Assembly: GCA_963575745.1 (NCBI GenBank)
Contig: CAUYUJ010000181.1
Coordinates: 186,001 to 250,000, forward strand
Length of the DNA stretch: 64,000 nt
DNA from: Prorocentrum cordatum
Taxonomy: Eukaryota
Direction: 5' to 3'
The stretch's first letter is position 1; the number at the start of each line of letters is the position of its first letter. Below, one piece after another: positions 11,201-18,242 of this stretch. Below the pieces are notes generated by a model. That model had not been told where the DNA came from, ran no database searches, and saw only the letters and a program-made list of their open reading frames with translations. The translations under genes were made by a program, and so were the position numbers.

Positions 11201-13155
11201 ATGGCCTTGCCCTCACTATCCCTATAGGCAGGGTTGCCCTTGCCGAAGGCCGAGTGTTCCCCTTTTCGGCGTCTTGGATCGTTATATGGAAGTAGCTGGC
11301 CCCCTCTCCTGAGAGCGTGTTCTTTGGGGCCAGCCTGCCTCCACTCACGAGGAAGTCGAGCCTGTGGATGTGGCTCTTCTCTGACGCGCGTATGGGAACG
11401 AGACCTTCTGGTGTTCTCATCAGAAGAAGCTGCCGAAGCAGCAGGAGCGGCACCCGGTGGAGGTGCCTGAGGAGGCTCCTGTGCGATCCCAGATGGATCG
11501 TCCGATGGAGGCAGGTCTCCCTGCTGGATGGAGCTCTGCGCAAATGGCGCTTGTGCCGATGGTGATGATGATTCAGACTCGTCAGGATCGAAGTCAACCT
11601 CTTCCTCACCATTCACGTCCATCATGAGGATGGTGACGTCATCCTCATCTAACCCGCATCCATCGCCTTCTACTTCTTCTGATGTCGAACTACCGATGAT
11701 GATAGCCATTGGCGTATCTGGTACAGGCAGGTTTCCCTGCATAGCCGGCGTCTGTGCGTCGCTCGGCTGCCCCGGGGAAGGAGACGCTGTTGTCGGCTCA
11801 GGCTCGTTGCCGAGCACAGGCTGCCCGGCAATATTGCGCATGGCCGTACGGTTTGGCCACATTCCCACCGCCTGGAGACCCCATCCTGGCGGAGGAAGAT
11901 CATGACCGCGCATAGCAATGGCCATTTCTAGAGCATGACGCCATCTACCACGGGAGTATATCAGGTGTCTCTGCACGTCCTGAGGATGCACGCCTTCAAT
12001 GAGAGTCAGAGCTGCCAACAACAGCTCTGAGCTACCACAAGCGTCAGTATCCTGCATTATCATAATGTCAGCTTCGATATGTTCTTGACTTTCAGGATAA
12101 CCAGTAATAAGTATCTCATGCATCCTCATGAGGGTCTGCACAAGGGTGCGTGGTCCATATTCGCCTGGAGCAAGCGAACCAGGAGGTATAAACGGAGTAT
12201 CTGGTTCGCCTGCAATGAAGGCCTGAACAAATGCCTGAGACTCCATTTCGATTAAGTCTTCAGTGGTCTGGGGATATTCTCCCATCAAAGAAGGCCTGTT
12301 TCCAGGCGGGATTTCGGGCGGAGGTTCGAGGTGTCGTTGAACCTCGGAAGGCGAAGCTTCTATAGTGGTGTCCTCGTCGCTACTCTCGTAGGCCATGATG
12401 TTGCCTGGGTTCCCGAACATCCAGTCGAAGAAGGATAAAGGGTAATTTCCCAGCGTCCCGTGTTCCACGGGAGTGAGCTCGTTGTTGCCCTCAACGAACC
12501 TGCGAACGTACTCGAGGTAGTACGCGTACAATCCATGACCATACGCCTCGAGCTCGTCGACGTTGTCCATGCCAACAACCCAAGTGACAAATATCTGCTC
12601 CATAGCCTCAAAGTCCTGGAGGCTCAGATACTCAATGAATGGTTCACTTGAGCCAAAATGGACTTCGGTCGACCTGCCCTTTCCATTTCCCTTCACTGGA
12701 CAATCTCGCACAAGATGATCGGTACTATCACATTCATGGCATTTAAGAACCTGGCCGTCTCTACCTCGCGGGTTTCCCCGCCTACCTTTGCCTTTTCCTG
12801 AGGTCTCTCTACGGCCTTTACCACGGCCCTTTCCCCCAAAGAATATCTCATCATGTTGTTCATCTGAGAGCCTCTGGAGAAATGCCGCGATGCCTCGTCC
12901 GTTCAACCTCCGACGACCTCGCTTACCTTTACCTTTTCCCTTAAAACTTCTCCGTGTCCTCCTTCTAACACGACGCACTGGTTTTCGTGTGAACCTCCTC
13001 CACCTTCGTTTAGCCTGTTGTAGTAACCAGAACAAATGTTCAGCACGCTGATTGTCGTTATCCATATTCATGATATCTGACCAATCTAAAGCTTCAACAC
13101 CATCTGATGATATAGTGTCTGTATCGGTGCCGGAGTCGAAATCCTCGTCTCCCAA
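8281..13155 (-). CDS. Gag C-terminus (CCHC Zn knuckle) fused in frame to cargo including a Tpt1/KptA NAD-dependent RNA 2'-phosphotransferase domain (~9220-9980)
   Basis: GKGKG-rich tract and CHECDSTDHLVRDC. Tpt1 motifs: LSKALSRICRH, DGWV, KQRL, IRASQGHS, HGT, GRSHIHS, SDNGVLLSEG..GII. Confidence 0.88.
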   Translation of the reverse strand: MGDEDFDSGTDTDTISSDGVEALDWSDIMNMDNDNQRAEHLFWLLQQAKRRWRRFTRKPVRRVRRRTRRSFKGKGKGKRGRRRLNGRGIAAFLQRLSDEQHDEIFFGGKGRGKGRRETSGKGKGRRGNPRGRDGQVLKCHECDSTDHLVRDCPVKGNGKGRSTEVHFGSSEPFIEYLSLQDFEAMEQIFVTWVVGMDNVDELEAYGHGLYAYYLEYVRRFVEGNNELTPVEHGTLGNYPLSFFDWMFGNPGNIMAYESSDEDTTIEASPSEVQRHLEPPPEIPPGNRPSLMGEYPQTTEDLIEMESQAFVQAFIAGEPDTPFIPPGSLAPGEYGPRTLVQTLMRMHEILITGYPESQEHIEADIMIMQDTDACGSSELLLAALTLIEGVHPQDVQRHLIYSRGRWRHALEMAIAMRGHDLPPPGWGLQAVGMWPNRTAMRNIAGQPVLGNEPEPTTASPSPGQPSDAQTPAMQGNLPVPDTPMAIIIGSSTSEEVEGDGCGLDEDDVTILMMDVNGEEEVDFDPDESESSSPSAQAPFAQSSIQQGDLPPSDDPSGIAQEPPQAPPPGAAPAASAASSDENTRRSRSHTRVREEPHPQARLPREWRQAGPKEHALRRGGQLLPYNDPRRRKGEHSAFGKGNPAYRDSEGKAIRGGYQLATNIRRPEIQEARTQLRDIIAARKQYRPHAACGPCSEPFQNHRPGCPVGNNEGLSPNRGKTLHKDGHPLLIPMTPDEIAAVNRRLGILSHLDLKEEEKPTPVPRGLVATTQEEKDALFSLPSMRGNSPGVSSQSQQPEPTIKDEKKAQRVAEDEERMRTAEERTREATRKMLEDSSKIYMKGATKPPLPLTSKAKSEPPTPKPSSGPKPKVSSQDPGPDVQMEVPRTETPRPPIGATPTQASEPKQQPQDPVEERRRPPSRSSSIAKRAAAFERSGYAPAPASPVAARSRKSDEGAMSRGTWVPKIRGSASRASPRGNPPGAAAAASSSSGAAASAATEARMRGNPPVDQLHHPGDTSFTSGAPNVIRDRISLRKIPPIRSVDETFMKECRKAGILPTSNDILKQLSKALSRICRHAPDRPHNPVWGLESFDDHDGWVNLVELVNHYPWNTGQSKHAGYNPKYDEAKVINEQLYGRSVDQLAAIMMEVVHVREPDGEEKQRLQFKVLMQDSGEPAIFIRASQGHSWTLKAPWSLYSYIMLCDQPAGRPAPYPEVAMHGTRWHAFEGIMWHGLSCRPEHNTKKRWTGRSHIHSVPTVRRRAVNSGWDPDSDIIIFVDWRKAIQDGMKFCWSDNGVLLSEGNNGIIEAYYISHVEDLSTGRHWRNPEYLGNRHARVSVAMMSAPDRWADVGTASIKYQWSRDQEGVDPPMVYLHREVGDHYSPTKLGNQPEIHRIFMITESEAGSAAPSRAPSQGPSAVSWQAISTSDLDQIAAALNPDQVEQLADRLYQQDPWAAGQGAMSAMATRNRQAMQGNLPTSGPARFEQMHGSPTQSMHTPRGMTPLGTPPAQSPFGTPVRPATNGTLMERIAAARAEHSTALLNMMPPGTPTSQQGNLPGTPSHHRAGVPDDYRSRVAAAVQQVQSHNLPHPSGQRWRPAWSCEPEGPNPRDPARQRAFIPAFNAHPSMS
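12647..12669 (-). other. Dinoflagellate spliced-leader relic inside the LTR element ORF
   Basis: Minus strand ACCGAAGTCCATTTTGGCTCAAG vs SL DCCGTAGCCATTTTGGCTCAAG; the 3' 15 nt are a perfect match (translated HFGSS). Confidence 0.8.
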
Positions 13156-13336
13156 GTAGGTGGATACACCGTCGGTTAGGGGGTTTGATTCCCCCCATAA
13201 AGAACGGTGTGGTTGTGGTTCTCTAGAAGGAGGGCTGGTTGCCCAGCTTGGTTGTGATCGATCCCCTGCTAATAAAGCAGTGGATTATCATGGGTCATCG
13301 GGCCATATGCTTGAGGGCCCGTTTCCAGGCTGGGCT

Positions 13337-14440
13337 TCAGTAGTCAGGGTAGAAATTTCCACTACCAGATCCCCTTCCCCTTCCAAACACAGATCCTATG
13401 TTACCAGGAGACCGTTCAGATAGGTGGCCTATCGAACGCATCCTCTCCAGCAACTCATCATACTGTTGTTGTGTTCGGGGCATTTGGTGATTGAGTGGCT
13501 GTAAGAGTTGCATGGCTCGCTGGTTGCCGACGCCTAAGGCGCGGAATAGGATAGTGGTTAGCAGTTGGAAGTTGGGAAGGTCGAATCCCACCGACTGTGC
13601 CTCAAGTCGGGCCATTTCGAATCGGGTAAGGGTGACATCGATTCGTTCCCCGTGAGGCACGTGGAAGTCGATGAGTTGTGTGCCGGAAGTGAGCTGTCGC
13701 TCATCTTCCAGGCGTTCGAACTTCATGCTTAGGAGGAACATGATGTAGGTCACTGGGTCGGTGTGGACCCCATCGATGTCAGCACCATAGTTTATAATGT
13801 CAGGCGGTACCCTCATGGCGAGTGTCCTCGCTAGGCCACCTAGGCCGCGTTGCATTGCGGCCGCTTGGGCCTGTGGCGTCATACGTCCGCTTGTAACGTT
13901 GAGCCATGCGTTGACCTCGTAAATGTACTCGCGAAAAGGTACATTACCTTGAGGGTCCCAATATGGGCCATGTGTTTGCCCATCGGTGCTGTTTTCTCCA
14001 CGACGCATGTGTCCGATTGCTGCCCCCAGCGCGAACCATATACTTGCGAAAACGACTAGCCCGAGAATGTGTAGAGAAGGACGGTTATTATGCGCGTTGC
14101 CGCGCTGGGGTAGCGCCTTGTCGAGTCTTCGAGGCGCTCTATCTGGCGGGTCTCCCCACCTCTGCTTCAAGTATTGCGCTGTTAGCTCGTTGCCGAGCGG
14201 TTGGTGGTAACGCAATGATGAAGCGTATATGGTACCAATCTGGTCGTCTAGACGTCGTACCTCTCGTGTAGCTTCTTGCTCTTGGATAGATCCTCGTAAA
14301 CGTACTGGGAGTGGTGGCGCAGGGTGGTAGGTGGTCACGAAGATCGTGCCGAAGAATATGAGGCTAAGAAGAGCAAGAGCTGACCACACGAGAGCGCGGC
14401 CAGCTCCGCTACCAAGTCGAAAGTGAGCCTGGTAACTCAA
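13337..14440 (-). CDS. Gag-like protein with two N-terminal hydrophobic segments (true start uncertain)
   Basis: GPYWDPQGNVPFREYIYEVNAW...QAAAMQRGLGGLARTLA resembles the capsid-like region of protist copia Gag; it lies directly after the LTR/PBS. Confidence 0.7.
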   Translation of the reverse strand: MSYQAHFRLGSGAGRALVWSALALLSLIFFGTIFVTTYHPAPPLPVRLRGSIQEQEATREVRRLDDQIGTIYASSLRYHQPLGNELTAQYLKQRWGDPPDRAPRRLDKALPQRGNAHNNRPSLHILGLVVFASIWFALGAAIGHMRRGENSTDGQTHGPYWDPQGNVPFREYIYEVNAWLNVTSGRMTPQAQAAAMQRGLGGLARTLAMRVPPDIINYGADIDGVHTDPVTYIMFLLSMKFERLEDERQLTSGTQLIDFHVPHGERIDVTLTRFEMARLEAQSVGFDLPNFQLLTTILFRALGVGNQRAMQLLQPLNHQMPRTQQQYDELLERMRSIGHLSERSPGNIGSVFGRGRGSGSGNFYPDY

Positions 14441-14443
14441 ATA

Positions 14444-14456
14444 GCATCCGATTCCA
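14444..14456 (-). promoter_or_regulatory. Candidate primer-binding site TGGAATCGGATGC
   Basis: TGG directly after the candidate LTR's terminal CA; loosely resembles the copia iMet PBS TGGTATCAGAGC. Cognate tRNA not identified. Confidence 0.45.
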
Positions 14457-14563
14457 TGATAGACATCGGATGGCAAATCGCGTCCATCGCTCTGCTGATA
14501 GTACACTATGAGGGGTGGACGGATAAGATAGGATAAGATCGATGTAATGATCTTTCCAGCACA
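14457..14563 (-). repeat. Candidate 5' LTR (~107 bp, TGTGCTGG...CTATCA)
   Basis: Begins TG, ends CA, and is immediately followed by TGG. Sequence to its right belongs to an unrelated degraded LINE. The second LTR is off-window, so this is unconfirmed. Confidence 0.55.
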
Positions 14564-14599
14564 TGGCGAACACTCGCGGCGTCCGGGCAAATAGGGCGC

Positions 14600-15400
14600 G
14601 CGTGCCTTGGGCCAAAGGCAACGGCGCGCGCGAGCTATGCTCCCGATACTATAACATCTCCCAAAGACCTACCCTTAAAGTCAGGCGAGCACGGTCCAAG
14701 TGGAAGGTGCGGATGGCAGGGAGTGGGCAGTGCTCCTCGTCCTTCTGCAGCCACGCGCCGAGGGTCTCCTCGTTTATGCCGCGACCTCGGAAGCTCTTTG
14801 CCCAGTATTAGGAAAAAACAAGCGCCATAAACACAAACTTTGGGCACTCCACGCGGATTTCTTGGATCCGCGCCAGATCCCCCTCCCCAGCGCGCGGAGC
14901 GCGCCAAAGGCGGCGCCGGAAGCGCCGCCGGGGGGGCCCAGCGCGGAGCCAAGAAATCCGTGCGGAGAGCCAGACGTTTATGATATTTATGGTTTGTTTT
15001 TTCTCCGAAGTGGGTCTTCAACCATTCCGCCATGTCCTTCACGTCCGCGGTGCCCTCGCCACCGTCCTTGAGAATCGCAGCAACAGCGCAACTCCTTCCT
15101 GGAGCGAGCCAGCAGATGAGCCGCCGGTTGAATTGTCGGGACCGTCTGCGCTCTGAGCGCGTCCTCGCTGCCGAGGTCATCGCGAGAACGCTGGAGCTCG
15201 TCAAGCGCATGCTGCTCCGCCAACCGGACGGCGGAGTTGCGCGGCTGAGCCAGCTTCCTCGTCAAGCTACTCTGCAGATCGGACGGGCCCGCCACCTGCG
15301 ACCTGAGGACCGGGAAGCGGGACAAGCAGAGACGGACCTCTTCCGGGCCTGGCTCTCTCGATGGCTCGTGCCGACTGCACGGTCAATGCCAGCTTGTCCT
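14600..15400 (-). pseudogene. Degraded LINE ORF2 fragment (EN-RT linker) interrupted by a MITE
   Basis: LAPGRSCAVAAILKDGGEGTADVKDMAEWLKTH joins WAKSFRGRGINEETLGAWL when 14807-15008 and one AGT copy are removed. Confidence 0.55.
14807..15008. mobile_element. MITE family A (inner TIR CTCCGCGCGGATTTCTTGG); related copies ~46317-46413, ~54900-55055, ~58205-58385
   Basis: Long imperfect inverted repeats and AGT duplicated on both flanks; removal restores the host reading frame. Confidence 0.7.
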
Positions 15401-15433
15401 CGGCATCTTTGAGGGGCCCTGGGACACGCAAAT

Positions 15434-16003
15434 TATCCCAGTGCGACCCTACCTAGGAGTTGGAACCCGTAGGAAAGCAGCATTAGTAGTAACAGTAACG
15501 CTGAGCTACTAAAGCTAAGCTAAAGCTAAGCCACAGCTAAGCTAAAGCTAAGCTAAAGCTAAGCTAAAGCTAAGCTAAAGTTAAGCTAAAGCTAAGCTAC
15601 AGCTAAGCTAAAGCTGAGCAGCAGCTAAGCTAAAGCTAAGCTGCAGCTAAGCTAAATCTAAACTAAAGCTAAGCTAAATCTAAGCTAAAGCTAAGCTAAA
15701 CCTAAGCTACAGCTAAGATACAGCTAAGCTCAAGCTAAGCTCAACCTAAGCTAAAGCTAAGCTAAACGCTAAGCGAAAAGCTAAGCGAAACGCTAAGCGA
15801 AACGCTAAGCTAAAGCTAAGCTACAGCTAAGCTAAAGCTAAGCTAAACGCTAAGCTAAACGCTAAGCTAAAGCTAAAGCTCCCAGGGGACCGGGGGGAAC
15901 CGCTCCCAGGGGACTGGGGGAACCGCCCGGGGCGTGTTCCACTGCCCGGCCCCTTTAAGCTAAGAGAGTAAGAACCCTTCTAGGCAGAGCCTAGGTAGGG
16001 AGT
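15434..16003. mobile_element. Non-autonomous element with 11-bp subterminal inverted repeats and an internal (GCTAA/GCTAAA)n satellite; Helentron/DINE-1-like architecture
   Basis: CCCTACCTAGG 15447-15457 / CCTAGGTAGGG 15990-16000; hairpin CTAGGC-AGA-GCCTAG 15980-15994. It splits a dispersed repeat whose uninterrupted form is at 46144-46305. Confidence 0.6.
15505..15880. repeat. (GCTAA/GCTAAA)n satellite
   Basis: Direct reading of tandem AAGCT-type units. Confidence 0.95.
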
Positions 16004-16935
16004 ACATACACACAAATAAAACAAATCCCCATATTTTCCCATATTTTCTGGGTTTTTGTCTTCCCCCCCATTTCCCATATTTTCCGATATTTTCTGAAAA
16101 TCGCCGATGAATTGTGTCTGTGTGTTGCTTTCCCTCCTGAATCTTGCGCCGTCGTCGCAGCCTTGAGATCGTTCTCGAGGCGGCGGGCCACCGTGCGCAC
16201 CGAGCTGTTGTACATCTGGAGCTTCCTCGTCGTCGCCCTCGCCCTCCTCGCTGTCATGGTGCGTGCGCTCCTCGGCGTAGGCGTGCTGCTCAGTGGTGTA
16301 GCTGGCCTCGGACCCCTCGTCCTCTTCGCCTTTCTCGGCGTTGGCGGCGCCGGCAGACTCGACTTAGGAGGGGGGCGCAGCGCGTGCCCCCTGCCAACGC
16401 AGAAGGGGTCCTCTGGGATGTAGTTGGCCCTTAATCATCAAGGGCTCTCCAAGCCAATGCCACGGCGGGGGAGCCACCCCGGCCGCAGGGGGCCCGGGTA
16501 GCTCTGAAGGCCTTGAGCAAAGCGCTTCGGCAAAGGTCAGGTCCTGAGCAGGGCCTCTTACTCCTCGGGCCAGTCGGGCGGTCGATAATGGCGGAATCTG
16601 GAAGCCGATGCATGCTGCTGAGGTTTGAAACGAGGTCGGGGCGCGGTGTAGAAGCACCGAATCAAGGCGACGAGGGAACCCGCGCGCCCCCGACGCACGG
16701 CAGGACTCGAGCCAACGCACCCTCCTGCCTCCTCCTCCTCCTCCGCCTTCTCTTCTTCTCCCATCCCTGAGGGGGCGGTCCCCTGCGGAGTCCTCCCTTG
16801 CGGCTCCCCGTACTCCAAGTACATGTGCGGCCCCGCCGCCAGGCGGACGCTATGGCTATGTCCGAGACCGCGACCTCGCCAGCTCGCCCGCGCCAGATGG
16901 CCGCAGCCTGGCCGCAGCCCTCCAGCCCAGCGCCC

Positions 16936-17830
16936 TCAGGGGCCTCCCTCGCGGTGCGGAGGCGCACCGCAAGAGAGGAGGGTGCCCTCGACCAGCTCCC
17001 ATGCAGCATCCTCGTCCGATGGCACCTCTGGGTAGCGCTCGGGGGGCACGAGCATGGCCGCGAGAATTGGATCCGTCGGCCACTGCAAGGGACCCCCTCC
17101 GCTCAACGCAGGCTGCGCCTCCAGGAAAGCCTCGCCCAGCAACTCGAGGAAGGGCCTAGGAAGGACCCAGTTGTTCACCTCGAGCGCTGCTGCGGGCCTC
17201 GCCACCAGGCCGCGCTTGAGCATGGCCACCGAGAGGTGCGGACAGTGCACGGCCCGGGCCTGGCCGAAGGATGACAGCGAGCCTCCGAAGTCGGCCACGT
17301 CGAAGGCAACTGAAGAGGCCTCTGGGAGAGCAGCGAGCGCCTTCACCGACTCCAGTTGCCAGATCGACGCCACACGATGAGCCACACAAGCTTGGTGCAC
17401 CAATACTCCAGCCACTCCTGCCGCCGCTGCGGCGGCCAGGAATAATAAGCCAGCTCTGATGCCGCCATTTTCCTTCCGCAACTCCTTCACCCAGAACCTG
17501 TTCAGCAGATCAGCTCCCCACACTTGTTCTCGAGGTCGCACAGGCGAGCCCTGCGTGCCAATAGTGTTCACCGTCGCTGTCCAAGATGATGTCGGCGGTG
17601 TTACAAGAACTCCCAGAATGGCACCTGACTGAATCCTTGCGGTGATTTTGTCTAAAAATGTTGAATCTTCCAGCTTCAAAGTCATTGATGTTTCACTGCA
17701 ATCAATATATAAAACAGCACAGTTGAAAAAAAAAAAAAAAAAAAAAAAAGTGGCGCAGCCCATAATACTACTGAAGTCGTCGCCAGCTCTGGGTCCCCAG
17801 CCAAGATGCAACGCATAGGATTGCCGATGG
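16936..17830 (-). pseudogene. Degenerate DNMT-like domain at the LINE C-terminus (preceded by C2H2-like fingers ~18080-18260)
   Basis: YALHLGWG (motif I-like), VLYID, VTPPTSSW (PC replaced by PT), EQVWG, VHQA (EHP-like site lost), SIWQL, ADFG. An A24 tract lies at 17726-17749. Confidence 0.55.
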
Positions 17831-18242
17831 GCGCGCCCCGCAGGTGCTGGTGGCAGCGTTGGGACTTGGACCCACTCCACACACGGGGGCATCGGGCGCT
17901 CGTCAACCACAGCAGCCTGCCTCTTGCCAGGTAACGCTGGTCGCGTTGGCGCAGTCGCCCGAAGCCCACGCGTGCGTTTGTCCACAGCCGACTGCTGGCC
18001 CAGACGCTGCCATGCTGCAACTGCCTCGTCGTCCATGGGGATCAGTGGATGCCATAATGTGGCCAAGACATGCTCCCGTCGGGCGCCTGAGATGCCTTAG
18101 CAATCCTGATCGATCCGAGAAGCTGGCGCCACAACATAGGCAATCAACACCGTCAGCAAAGTACTGCGCCATGTCCTTTGGCTGGTGCACTCGAGTCCAG
18201 TGACCTCGATACCCAGCAACTGTTTGGAAAACCTGATCGCGC

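Larger units (their letters stand above)
1..14563 (-). mobile_element. Ty1/copia-order LTR retrotransposon (dinoflagellate DNMT-carrying type) with captured cargo domains; 3' part (RNase H, 3' LTR) outside the window
   Basis: Minus-strand domain order Gag-like, CCHC knuckle, aspartic protease, DNMT-like, HHCC/DDE integrase, RT. IN before RT is the copia order. A candidate TG..CA LTR followed by a TGG PBS lies at the right end. Confidence 0.93.

Noticed and set aside
5833..13155. Repeated GN[LP]P peptide as a protein motif or protease cleavage site
   Set aside because: Better explained by the nucleotide hairpin, which covaries and occurs in all three reading frames.
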